From positions 67,580,001-67,644,000 of the forward strand of contig OX597818.1 in assembly GCA_951406725.2 (NCBI GenBank): 64,000 bases of DNA, read 5' to 3'. The notes beneath the pieces are model-generated. The model saw only the letters and a list, made by a program, of their open reading frames with translations. It was not told the DNA's origin and did not search any database. The position numbers were made by a program, and so were the translations under genes. This stretch comes from Octopus vulgaris. Taxonomy: Eukaryota. Shown one piece after another: positions 13,155-26,911 of this stretch (within the stretch, counting starts at the first letter, position 1; each line of letters opens with the position of its first letter).

Positions 13155-14925
13155 GTAAGTACACGCGAATGCTTTTTATGGCGATATAATTAGTGGCAAC
13201 ATAATTAGGCAACATAATTAGGCTGTGGTTCTAAAAATGAAATCTGATCTAGAATTCACTACACAGTTAAAACAGAAAAGACACAAGAAATAATTTGTTT
13301 TATACAAATCCACGAATTAATTCAAAAGTTTTCTAGTCATGACTATGTAGTCGATGAAATCATGCAATATAGATACATCAGTGGTGGGTACCATGCGGTC
13401 TGCAGCAATGACCAATCGCACCCTCTGCTCAATTTTATACAAGAAATATTTTCTGAAATATAAAATAATATGCCGTAAAATTGACAACTGTATTCTTTTC
13501 TACTGTAGGCACAAGGCTCGAAATTTTTGGGAAGGCGTCCAGTTGATTAGACGGCCCCCAGTATGCAACTGGTATTTTAATTTTCGAACCGGAAAGAATA
13601 GACGACAAAGTCGACCACGGCGGAAAAATTGTCAACTGTATTAAAAGTTCAGAGTGTAGGATCGATTCTAGCTTTAATTAACAACGTTATTTTTGTTGAA
13701 CCAACACAGTGCAGCACTAGGGAGAATCTTCTGGAATCTCATACAAAAAAAACCCCATAAATCCATTTACTAAAAGATGTGATCAACATTTCCGTAGCCA
13801 AAGCAAACGAATGTGATATGTTTCTTTCAACTCTATGCACGTTTTTGTCTGCGTATATTCTAGCAATTTCGAAATCTTTTATAAGATTGCACAACTGAAA
13901 CGATGCAAGCTTTCTGTCTTCTAAAGAATTGGATAACGTGAAGTCTCTAACGTTTAATTCTTTCCTCTCGCGAACTCGTTAAATTTCAATGAAAACACTC
14001 GCACTTTTGATGCCAATTAAGAACCGAGGTTGGTTTGATCAAATGAAACCTAATTAATATACGACGTTGGGTTTAAGAAATGTTTTCCTTTCTCCTTCTT
14101 TCTCTCCTCCTCCACCTCCTCTTCATCTATTTTCTCTCTCTCTCTCTTTTACTTTTATTTATCATACCATTGCTGCTGCGGTCACCACCACCACCACCAC
14201 CATCACCACTACTACTACTACATTCTGTGTTCTCACACGACCAACGTAAATTTTGCATTTTATCATTTTGGGGTCGATGAAATAAAGTAGCAGTTTTGTA
14301 CTTCAGACGGAGAAATAGATTAACCTGTTACTCCTAGAAATTTCTGGTTTTGTACCAAGATGTTTAAGAATTCAAAATATAAAAACACGTTAAGCGTACA
14401 AAATCTTTGGATCGTTTGATAAAATGCCGAGTGAAATTTCTTTCCAAATTAGAGTTCGAACTTCGTCCGGTCTCAACATCGCCTCTCATCCACTCGAAGT
14501 CGATAAAATAAAGTAACAGTCAATAAGCTGGTTGATAGCATCGACTAACCCCATCGCCTCAGATCTGCTGTCCTTATTTCAAAATTTGAAACCGTTTATT
14601 ACTGGTCGCTTTGGCCTTGTCGCCGAGGTACTAGTGGTTTATAACTTTGATTTCCTTTTTATTGGTTGTTGTTCTTGTTTACATTGTTAAAGTGTTGTCT
14701 CTTTTTATCGCCCGTCGGGTTGTAACCGTTGTGAACTTTTTCTAATTAAGCTGTTTATTTTCTTCCCTTAATGGTATTTTGTCTTCATGCAGACCTGATC
14801 ATTGACATGCTGCACTGAACGTCTAATTCATTCGGCCTCTACTGGGACCATTTCTCCTTTTCACTTTTCGATAATGCTCATTAACCAAATATTGTAATTT
14901 TTAATACGGTATTGTTTATTTTCAG

Positions 14926-15305
14926 AAACGATTGAGAAAAGAAAGGGAGTAAGGAAATCAAGAGGGAGGCGGAGTACATTCCCTACAATGATACAGAGGG
15001 AGGGACAAAACGCCACTTTCCAGGTCCCAGTCCAACAGTCTGTGATAACACCAACCCCAACTCCACCTTCACAATTACCATCAACGGTAACATCCATTGA
15101 AGATGGTAGTTGAGAGAATAACTCAATATACTTGCAGAATCTTGGCGTCTTTAACCTGACCCATGTGACACTCCCAGATATGTCACTACTGAAGCGGAAC
15201 ATGGCGGCCTCTGACATTGTCAGTTTTAAAATGGGCACCAACAGCGCAGCAACAATATCTCCTTTCACACAACCTCTGTTAATGATGTCAGTGACGTCGA
15301 CATGA
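14926..15305 (+). CDS. Candidate exon of an unidentified gene with a basic stretch and a Pro/Thr-rich stretch; in-frame TGA at 15111-15113
   Basis: tttattttcag acceptor and a GC-richer, non-repetitive block. It reads TIEKRKGVRKSRGRRSTFPT...VITPTPTPPSQLPSTVTSIEDGS*, then 63 more open codons ending TGA|gtaag. Confidence 0.45.
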
Positions 15306-16458
15306 GTAAGAATTGCTAAACTTTTTTTATCGAAATAAGATTGCGCAAAATTATTTGACTGAAAGAGAAAAAAAATGATCTGAAGGTTCGCCTGTGGTCT
15401 GTGTAATGTGTAATTGCCACTCTGGGACTGGTACAACATGTCTCCATAGCGTATGTCACACTGTATTGTACGCCGGAAGAGAGCAATATCATGTCATAGT
15501 TTATTCCTTTTGTTACGGTAAGGGTAAAGAGAACATTTCAATTACATGATTACAGATTGCGAATATGTAACATTCGAATACCGTATATACAACGGCAGAG
15601 GCACTTAGAAATTCTGATAAAAGTAAAGCGGGTGGAGTGTGGCAATGTTGCCATCAACAGCTTCGCATTCAAATCCTACAGTCAAGAATATGTATCAGTG
15701 TAAAGTTATTTCTAATATCTTTTGATTTGTCGATGATTCCTAACCCAGAGGTATTTGGTTATGTCGACAGGTGGAAGACTCAAATAACACATCTGCGCTA
15801 ACATGAACAACTTTCGAGTTTTGGTGAAACTAATAAAATTTGTTCGCCAGCTGAAATCGTTCTGAAGACACAAGCAGTAAGCGTAGCATCAACAAAAGCG
15901 AAGCAGGAAAGCGATGGCCAATAACAGCAGCAACAGTAAATGTAGCAACGATCCATGAGCTGCTGCTTGACATTGCTAGAAACAATTCACACTAGCGCCA
16001 CCTCAGATCAAAAATACTTCGCACAACCCATCCCCACAAAAAACAATAAAAACTTTCAAATTCCCATATCCAGCTTCACTGATACTCATTCAAGCTCTGA
16101 ATGAGATGTTTCTCCCATGTCTCACCGAAAGACCCGAAGGATAATAAATAATCTTGAGGAGTGGTCGTGATGAGTCCTGCATAAGGATGTAAAACAGTTG
16201 CACAGTAAAAGGTTTAAGGAGTGAAACGTTTACAGAAACGCAAGACTCCCTCACCAAATATCTGCTTCTAATCAACGCTCAGACAACGTAAACAACGACG
16301 CTGACACTTCGTCTGATACGAAAACGAGCGTTCCAGTTGATTCGATCAACAGAACATCTTGATCGCGAAATTAACAAGCAAGTTGAGCACTTCCGAGACA
16401 CGTGTACCTTAGTTCACAGGGAGATTAAGCGTGACGCAATGGGACAAAGCGAGCAAGA

Positions 16459-16862
16459 AGGCGAGCTGGCAGAAACGTTAGCGCGCAAGGCGAAAGGCTT
16501 GGCGGTATTTCGTCTGCCGTTACGTTCTGGGTTCAAATTACGCCGAGGTCGACTTTGCCTTTCATCTTTTCGGGGTCGATAAATTGAATACCAGTTACGC
16601 ACTGGGGTCGATGTAATCGACTTGATCCCTTTGTCTGTCCTTATTTGTCATCTCTGGGTTAAGCCACCTGTGGGTAGTAAAGAAATATGTATTTCATCTG
16701 TCTTTACGTTCTGAGTTCAAATTCTGAAGAGGTCTATTTCGCCTTTCATCCTTTTCGGGTCGATTAAGTAAGTACCAGATGCGTATTGGGGTCGATCTAA
16801 CAGACTACACATCCCACTACCCAAAATGTTCAGGTCTTTTACCTAGAGTAGAAAAGAAAAGG
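16459..16862 (+). mobile_element. SINE family A copy with two modules
   Basis: GGCGAGCTGGCAGAAACGTTAGC head and a repeated GTTCAAATT...GCCTTTCATC module. Confidence 0.85.
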
Positions 16863-18747
16863 ATGTGAGAAAGTTGGCTGTTTGAAATATAAGTACTACT
16901 CCTCGTTTTTGCCCGCTGAGTGGACTGGAGCAATGTGAAATAACTAAAAGAAGTAAACCCATAAAGACGGAATGAAAAAGTACTAAGAAGAAAACCGCAT
17001 GACCACATCAACTGGTACAGAGTGAGACAAGAAAATAAACGTGCAAATGCAATGACAATGAGGTACAAGATTATAATCGTTTCAGATTGTGGCTGAAAGC
17101 CACTAATTGCGTTGAAAGTGTTAAATCGATTTCTTCGACGCTAGCACACAAATGGTATTTATTTTCTTGATCTTGGTAGAATTAGAATTCAGAGCGTGCT
17201 AGTAATCCTGCTACCTCGCCACCTAATAGACACACAAATATAATTCCAAGGAATACATCAAATAAAACAAAAGTACAGAACAACAACAAAACCAGTGGTT
17301 ATAATAACATTCGAATACATAACGACTAAAGTCAGCGCAGTGGATGGGAATATAAAAAGCGTTTAGAAGTTCGTCTGGTTGGCTACATATGCCATGAAAT
17401 AGTTATCTGCAAATCAAGATACAGCGCATTGAAAATGGCCCGGAAACGAAATTCTGAATGCTTAGTTATTAAGGTGATGAACGTTGATTGATGGGTCACT
17501 AGAACTAGTTAAGCATATATTTAAATGAGAAACAGTCATCTACCGGGTTGGCGTTCTGTTCAAAGAACAGAGCTCGATGTGATATGCGGCATACTGCAGG
17601 AAATGCCGTTGTCATAGAAGCAGACGTCATACAAATGGTGTTGGTTGGTTACTTACTGGAGGAATACCAGTTTGTATCAGTCACACTCACTGATTGACAC
17701 ACTTCGGTTGATTTGTGACAAAAACAAAGATAAAATCAAAACGCGAAAAAAATTATTTGTAAAATTGAGAGTAATACACACTCGTTTATGTAGCAGCACG
17801 AAATATTATATTTTGTTTCTCGCTTCTGTTTCTTAATCCATTTTTAGTTCCTATGTGATTCTCCTGCATATATTTATTACTATATCTCATTCTCTGATAT
17901 ATTACTACTGATCGTTTTCTTATTTTCGATTTATATTTACTGGTGATATTACACTTTTCAATGATTTTAATCCTGAATCGTTACATACTGCTGCCTTTAG
18001 TGGTCCGTTTTATTTTTGTCTGTTTTTTTTTTTCATTTATAGTAACCAGAGACATTCAGAATCCTGTGGCAAAGACTAGAAAATATAAATGTAATTATAA
18101 TTCTGATTTGTTTTTTACTATTCTTTCTGGATGGTGTTTGTAATCTGGTCACTTCTCATCTTCCTTAGGAAGCTACAACCAGGTAGTCGTATCTGTCTAG
18201 CAGATTTGTCTTTGCCTTTGCATTCCTTTGAATCCATCCAATCAATACATGGCTTCTGTTATAGTTTCCCCGTTTACAATCAACTATATCTCTAAAGCCT
18301 TCATCACACTCAACTGCAATCTTCTCTACCTATTTCTTATAGTTCTTCAATATGAATAATGCCCCAACAATTACTGGTATGATAGTCACATTATCTATTT
18401 TCCACATCTTAATCAGTTAATAATAAATAACCTAGCTATAACTGATGCATTTTCTTATAAGTAAACTATATTCATGTGTGGAACAGATTTGAATGGTCAT
18501 CATTTACAAATTCAATATCATTGTCATTATTATCGTTTAGGGTTATCGTTCATTATAACTCTATTCCAGCTTCCTTAGTAGCGGGCATCCTATGAAGACT
18601 AAGGGTAACAAGTGCACATTTGTTTTGCTCTGCATACTAAAGTTATCACCACATTTATGCCATTTTAGATGGAGAGTGTATTCCGTAGCATTTGGGCTGT
18701 ACCCATCAAGGTTCAGGGAATGGCATGATATAATTCTATTATTTTAA

Positions 18748-18815
<68 letters not shown>

Positions 18816-18894
18816 CATTATTATTATTATTATTGTTGTTGTTGTTGTTTTTGTTGTTATTATTATTATTATTATCATTATTATTATTATTATT

Positions 18895-19432
18895 GAGTGA
18901 GAGAGCAGTGCATGCCATCAAAGTGACACTGCGATAAAATATATGAAACCCCATATACTCATCATGACTACCTGTCTGATAAGGGTACCCCAGTCACATG
19001 CATTACAACCATATGTGCGCGATATGATGATCTCATATCAAGAGAAACAACGCATAAACTTGCAGGTGGGGCTCAGTTAAAAGTTCCTGTAGGTTGAGTA
19101 ACCAATCCCGCTCAAAATTTCCCTGAACAAGAGTTATTTAAGAATGTTGAACGAAACATTCACGTTTCCAAAGGTGAATTATCCAAACCCCACAGAATTC
19201 CTCTCAACACATGGCTATGATGCTCACGCACTAATTCTGCTCGTGACCAGAGATGCATATATCATCAACCACTAAACGACTTGCTCAACTAAGGTGAAAC
19301 AACTGACAAGCAAATCTGTGGTTTTGAGCAGAAAATTTACTGTAGACCATCTTTTATACCAAGACAAAACAATGTACACGATAACTCTTCCAATCTGTTA
19401 AGATCAGAAGCCATGAGTGGCAATGCCTGGGC
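18895..19432. repeat. Interspersed repeat between (TTA)n tracts, partially repeated at about 26755-26880
   Basis: AAATCTGTGGT.TTGAGCAGAA...CTTTTATACC.AGACAAAACAAT.TACA.GATAAC.CTTC.AATC is shared between the two loci. Confidence 0.65.
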
Positions 19433-19433
19433 A

Positions 19434-19472
<39 letters not shown>

Positions 19473-19545
19473 GTTGTTGCTGTTGTTATTACTATTATTA
19501 TTATCATTATTATTTACTAATAATTTGCATGCTTGTTATAATCAC

Positions 19546-19613
<68 letters not shown>

Positions 19614-19797
19614 CAGCAGCAGCAGCAGTAGTGGAATTTCAGCTGAACATACACTGTCGTCAACGAATATTATTTAACAATTCCTGGGGCTTCTATGACA
19701 ATTACAATAATCAGAGTTTCGCTGAAATTCCGGATTTTATCATTATTATGATCATCATCATCATCATCGTTATATAAAAATCATTATTATTATCATC

Positions 19798-19928
<131 letters not shown>

Positions 19929-22900
19929 GCTATTGTCCCTATCATCAACACCATCATCATCAACATGATCATCACGCTCATTATTCACATCATGTTGATG
20001 GGTCTGAATCAGTCAGATGTGAGACTTCCTGTTTTCCGAATTCGTCGATTTTCCAAGCAAAATTAAGTGGAAATTGTTTTGTTTAATGTAGAATTTCTAC
20101 ATAGAAATGTAATTAATTAATTGGCTTTTTTCCCCCGTTGGGGACAAAAAGATTTTAATTTTCGAACAAAATATTTTCTTTTCCATTCGTAAACAAACAA
20201 AATTGCTTGAAGCAAAGATACCATATAAATCTCGAGCCAAAATATATTTCACCGATGTGAAAATAAAAGCGGCATATTCTACAACAAATTACACTTACTT
20301 TTAGATAAAGATTTGCATTTCTTTCGATTGCAATATTGTTAGAAACATTCAGTGTTATGATTTTGGCCACAACTTCATCAATCGCATCATCACTCGAGCA
20401 CTTTTGCAGAGCAAGAACGTAAGATGCAATAGAAATATAGCGTCACTAATGCCGCTGGAATCGGTGTGCATTTTTGTCCTGTATTTAATGCACTCGAAGA
20501 ATTAAACATGGCATCGGTGTGTTACAAAATTGTGTTTATTTTATTGAAGTTTATTTTAAACTTCAAATTGTCCTGTCGATCGAAATGCATAAGATGTTCA
20601 GTCTACCTGCAACAGAAAAGCGAAATGAAAATCTGCAAATGTGCTGAATGATGTGTTTTACATCGTACACCTATTGCCATACCAGTTTTCTAGAGAAGGA
20701 GGATGCGAGGGGACAAACCAATGCACCACAAATAGTCCAAAGTCTACCAATGGCTCATGTCATACCTTAAAGACCAAGACAAACCTCTGGCTTAGTGTCA
20801 CATTTGTGGCAGAGAATGGATAGTTAGAGTTGAGAGGCAGTTCTTCGACGATTGCAACGCCCACCTCAACAATTACGTCATTGCAAAACCAGAAGGAAGA
20901 ACGATGAGGCCTATGGTGATGGAAGGAATAAAAGCAATCTTTATGTAAAACGATTAAAAGGTAAAACAGGATTACGTGGCGCAGCATAAATTAGCTGGAA
21001 CTGCAAATGGAGACTGCAACAACTGAGGGGTGGGGACAGAATACGTTAACAGTAGAAACTGTTCATGGAATAAGAACATGCTAGACTAAGATTCAATTTA
21101 CAGAAACTATTTTGGCAGACTGATGTAAAGGAAGACACTGAGTTAATGCTCCGAAAGAGACTTGCCTAAGGGCAGTCAAAGAGAAGCGTGTGATAGATCT
21201 TCTTAACAGATAAATGTGGCTTTTGTACATTTAATGGGAAAAGGGTTTTGACTAAAAATGAATGATGCTTTAAAATAGTGTCTACCTATCTTTCTGCAGT
21301 GTACAAATATTGAAACAAGTGAATGTATTGGTATTGAGACTCGTCCCTAGGTAGCTACCTGTCGTAATAATCACCAGCTGTCACGGTGACAACAATTGAT
21401 GCGTACGCTTTCAGTGTGCAGTGCAAACGGGAAAAGTTGCCAGTGGTTAGTGATTTGGTGGTAAAATACAGATATAGCCGAGGTCGTCATGGACTTAAAC
21501 GTCTTTATCCTTCCTTAAAATCGTCTAAAATTATGGCAAAATGATATTGTACGTATGACAGGAAAACAAAAAAACCTGCATTTTTCTGCCTGTAGCAGGT
21601 GGAATGACAAAGAAATTCATCGGTGTAGTGTAGCAAAACAAGCAAGTGAAGGAAAAATCACAAGATCTTTCCTTTCTTATCGTATCGGCATCTAAAGCTA
21701 TGGATATTGCGCAGGAGGTCTCTGCATTCTCGCAAAATGTAACTGCTGAGTAAAAAAGAATATTAATTTTCTTCATTATTATTCATTGAAACATTTGAAT
21801 TTCCACACATTTGAATTTCGAATTGAGAAAGAGGTGTTGAAATGTTATGTAAATATTTATTTGTGTAAAGATATATATCATTACTTATTTATGAGGCAAA
21901 CTCACCCGTAAGATGTCTGAACAAGTTTTGCAAAATTTTGTTAATCCAAACATGAATTTATAAAAATTAAATTTTACAAACAGAAATGACATCGCTGCAA
22001 CAAGTAAACAGAAATGTTGCACTACAAAATGAAAAATAAATAAAAAATGAGTGATTCACATAGCAACCAAGAAGGAGACAACAACACAAGCAGTTCATCT
22101 TGCAACATGTCACCGACAGTAATTTGAAAATTACTCAAAACTAAGAGAAAAAAAAAAGCAAGGAATATTTTGTGGATGAGTCGTACGTGCTAAGGTGACA
22201 AGAACGTCTTCGGAGTATGGATATCAAAAGCCTATTAACCTCCCAAATATAGGTGTGTGAATCAGAAGTCCAGCTTTTGAAATTGGGAATTTATTCTGAC
22301 TAATTCTCTGGTGTTATTCCCTAAGAAAAACGAAGGTGTGAATTGAGATTAATCTAAATCTGATTAATCAAAATGTGCTGGTAATTTTAGATGCAACTCA
22401 AAGGAGCCGCAAGAAGAATCACTTTGTATATAGATAAATTTGTATATAGATAAATTACAGAATGACATGTGGATTTATATGGTAAATATCCAAGAAGGCA
22501 GTGCGGATAAGACCTGAACCAGTACGTAACATACCAATGACAGCCTTCTGACACATTATTTGGGACGGAGTAATACAAGAGTGGAGGATTGTCAGAGAGA
22601 TGTGAACCGGTTTATGTAGTACCTACATAAATACATACCCACGCATGCGCATATATACACATACGTACCATGATCATCATCATCCTCATCATCACCACCA
22701 CCATCATCATTAACATCATCATCATCACCAACAACAACCACCACCACTACCATCACCATCACCATCACCCATCATCATCATCATCAGCATCACCATCATC
22801 ATCATCGTCATCATCATCATCGTCATCGTCGTCGTTGTCGTCGCCATCAGTTGCTTCCTTTTACTCGGGAGTTGTAAAAAACGTTATTTTGGGGGGAATT

Positions 22901-23557
22901 GTTGCATTTTGTTTCTACGTTACAACACTTTTACCTTAAGTCGTTGTTTTATTCTTTTCCGCGATGTTATTTTATTGATCCTTGTGATTATTACGAAATT
23001 ATGAAAAATAAGTCCTAGGTTCTTTTGTTTGGTCGTGATTATGTCTCGTTTGGGCTGCAATATTTAAATTGGGTGGAAGTTAGTGTATCGCGTCTCCACC
23101 ACAGTAGAAGAGTGTGATCTGTGCGCTGTATTCATTAATTTATAATTTATGCGTAGGATGCGTCTGTGGCGAGCAACTTCGAATTAAAAATGATTAAAAT
23201 ACACCCCTGAATAATTCAGAAAAAATTGGATAATTTACAAGGAGACGGCATGGTAGGATTGATCATAAGTAACCAATTACATTGATCGTTTATCCTTAAT
23301 ATATGAAACTGTGTTAAACAGCAGTGATAAATTTCATTTTTCTATGAGTGGAGTGGGCTGCACTTTCTTTCCTTGAAATACAGAGTCCAGCAACTCGAGT
23401 GAGTGGTAATTGCATGGGGATCAGGTGGTAACCTGTTACACGTTACCTTAAACATACAAATGCGAAATATTCAGTGATTTTAATGTGATGAAGTCGGTCT
23501 TGGGAATCACATCTCCGTAACCGAACCGACTGAAGCTCAGGTTAACATGTCACAAAT

Positions 23558-23930
23558 AGGCGCAAGCTTCGCTGAGTCGTAAAATGTACGCTTACAAACC
23601 ACATGGTCCAGGTTTCAGTCCCACTGAGTGGCTACTTGGGCAAGTGTATTCAACTCTAGACTCGGACTAACCAAATGTTTTCCAGTGAATTCGGTTAAAG
23701 GAAACTGAAAGAAACTTTTCACTTGTATGTGTGTGTGTGGGTCATTGTATTCCTGTTTGTTACAGGCCACATCTTAAAAACTTGCATTGGTTTGTTTACA
23801 TCTCTGTAACTTAGCGAGAGAAAAAGTAACAGGCTTAAAAAAAGAAAAATAGTTGATTCTTTCATTTAAAATTATTCAAGTCAGTACTCCAGCATGGCCG
23901 CTGTCTGCTGAGTTAAACAACTAGCAGATT
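23558..23930 (+). mobile_element. Degenerate CORE-type tRNA SINE (family B)
   Basis: Colinear with 39226-39640 (AACCACATGGT...CAGTCCCACTG...CTTGGGCAAGTGT). Confidence 0.75.
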
Positions 23931-24034
23931 ATTTAAGCTCTACAGTTTTAAAATAAAGAACGGACCCCATATTGAATCTTACATAAATACATTTTTTTCC
24001 GGAGAGAAATCCAGTATAATCTTTTATAAAGGAC

Positions 24035-24580
24035 TGAAATTTTGGGAAAGGGGACAAGTCGACCCCAGTATGCAATTGGTACTTAATTTATCGACCCCAA
24101 AAGTATGAAGAGCAAAGTCGACCTCGACGGAATTTGAACTCACAATGTAACGGCAGACGAAATACCTATTTCTTTACTACCCACAAGGGGCTAAACACAG
24201 AGAGGACACACAATGACAGACAAAAGGATTAAGTCGATTACATCGCCCCCAGTGCGTAACTGGTACTTATTTAATCGACCCTGAAAGGATGAAAGGCAAA
24301 GTCGACCTCGGCGGAATTTGAACTCAGAAAGTAGCGGCAGACAAAATACCTATTTCTTTATTACCCACAAGGGGCTAAACATAGAAGGGACAAACAAGGA
24401 CAGACATAGGTATTAAGTCGATTACATCGACCCCAGTACGTAGCTGGTACTTAATTTATCGACCCCGAAAGGATGAAAGGCAAAGTCGACCTCGGCGGAA
24501 TTTGAACTCACAACGTTACGGCAGACGAAATACCGCTAAGCATTTCTCCCGGCGTGCTAACATTTCTGCCAGCTTGCCAC
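24035..24580 (-). mobile_element. SINE family A copy with three tandem modules of about 180 bp
   Basis: AAAGTCGACCTCG.CGGAATTTGAACTCA occurs at about 24115, 24298 and 24482. Confidence 0.9.
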
Positions 24581-25851
24581 CCTAGAAAAACAGCTATGAT
24601 TTTAGCTGAAACCTGTATGGCCTTAACTCTACTTACTCAGAACTGTCTTCGGGTGAAAATTATAGCAACTAAATATTCTTCATACGTAGTATATAGTACC
24701 ACAGAGTTTAACATATCTGACACACCAAACCGCTTTCTGCAAAAGACGTAGCAATAATTTATTAGTCTGAGAGTAATCAGACATTGTTTAGCTCGATCAA
24801 CAGAATCATCTTAAGCCGAACATATTGAATCACAGAGGAAAAATTCTAAAATCCTGTTAATCTAAAATGGTTTGGGCTAATGGTCAACATCTGTAGCGTT
24901 TTGCTACCAAATAATCTATTTCCTTGAAAATTATTATTTTCCCTGATTATATCAACCGTAATTATTGTTCTATTAGTAGGTCTTTAATGATTTCTACGTC
25001 AAGACGTGTTTACCGCTGGAATGATAAACAAAAGTGATTAGTTATAAAAGATTATCTTGTTAATCAATAATTATAGCTTACGGCAACAAAACAGCACTAT
25101 TTTAAGATTTTACCAAAAATTCTCAACTTTATTTGGAATATACTTCTTACTTTCACCAACCATAGCTTCAAGATGTTTTCTTATAAATATTACTTTATAT
25201 GAGTGTGTGAGTGTCTATGTGTGCATGTATGTGTGTGTAAGACTGTGTGTGTGGGGTGCGTATATATGTATCTTTTATTTTTTTCTTATTTCCCCACCAA
25301 AACTTTTGTTTTACTTTGTTATTGATTTAATTTTCATCTACTTTTATATGATACATAATTATATTTTTTCTTCTTTATTTGGATGAAACTGCACAATATT
25401 TGTTCCATTAAATTATTTTTTATTTTGGTGAATAATAACAATAAGAATAATGATTTCAAATTTGGGCACAAGGCCAGCAATTTCGGGGGAAGAGTAAGTC
25501 GATTATATCGACTCCATTTCTCAAATTGTGCATATTTTATCGATCCCGAAAAGATGAAAGGCAAAAGCGATCGCCGATCATAGAAGTCAGGACATGAACA
25601 CGGACGAAGTGCCGCTAAGAGTTTTGTCCGATATGCTAACGATTCTTCCATGTCTGATCTGTTGGGGACTGCTAGGATTTTCCGATTGGAACTTGGATGT
25701 TGATTCTCTTTCTCTCTCACGATAATTCACAACCAATTATCAAAGATTATAATGGGCGGAAAGAGAATTTGTGAATACTCTGACAACAGTATGCCGTCCG
25801 TTCTCACAGAATCTACCACAACAAACGAGATGGAGCGCTCTGAGAAGCAAC

Positions 25852-25865
25852 ATAATAATAATAAT

Positions 25866-25944
<79 letters not shown>

Positions 25945-26041
25945 GTAATAGTATAGTAATGATAATAATAATAATAATAATAATAATATAATAATAATGA
26001 TAATAATAATAATAATAGTAATAGTAGTAGTAGTAATAGTA

Positions 26042-26119
<78 letters not shown>

Positions 26120-26120
26120 G
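25852..26120. repeat. (AAT)n/(AAC)n compound microsatellite
   Basis: Direct reading. Confidence 0.95.
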
Positions 26121-26911
26121 CAATTCCTATACATTAACAGACAGCGGATTTAATAGATTCTCATCTTAAAAGATTGGAAATCTAAACATGTACATGATCT
26201 GTCCTTGTATAAAAGATGAACTAGAACAAATATTCTACTCAATATCAAAGATTTGCGTTGGTTTTGTGAGAGATTTCAAATTGAATGAACCCTTGACCTC
26301 CTTTAGCTTTGCGTAGGTAAAGACGATCTGTGTCTACCTTTGGGTGGTGCATCTTATTGCAACTCAGCTGCTTCAGGTTTTCCTGTCAGTCTTCCTTATT
26401 TCGCTCATATTCCATTTCAACATATTGGAACTGTAAATATCAACCGGAACTGTTAATATCAACGCAGTTGTTATTAATATTTTTGTTGTCAGTACTCCAT
26501 CAGAGTGCTATAGTTGGAGATTCGTATTCCACACTGATATAGGCTTCAGGAAGTTTGAAATCACAAGAGAAATTTTGAAGATATCCAGCGATTTCAAGAT
26601 CCCTGAATGCAGTATAGAGTCAAACGATCTTTTTATAATCAATCCGTGCAGAACTGAGATTTCTGCGTTTGTTATGACAGTTCTAAAGGAACACACGATT
26701 GATTAAGACTTGGTCTTTGTATCCATATGAGTCGACGAGGCTCATATGGATCGAAATCTGTGGTATTGAGCAGAATATTTGCTATAGCCCTTCTTTTATA
26801 CCTAGACAAAACAATATACATGATAACACTTCAAATCAGAAGAGAAGTCACGAAAGAGTTTAAATGAGAAGCCATGAAAGTTATGATTATTAATACTATT
26901 ATTATTATTAT

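Noticed and set aside
14861-15439. 192-aa minus-strand ORF as a gene
   Set aside because: It reads like the antisense shadow of the plus-strand block (GGVGVGV mirrors TPTPTPP), and the splice signals are on the plus strand.
20200-21250. Decayed transposase or integrase
   Set aside because: It looks like degraded coding sequence, but I could not recover a diagnostic motif.
24060-24520. CRISPR-like regularly spaced repeats
   Set aside because: The intervening sequences are also repeated; these are tandem SINE modules in eukaryotic DNA.
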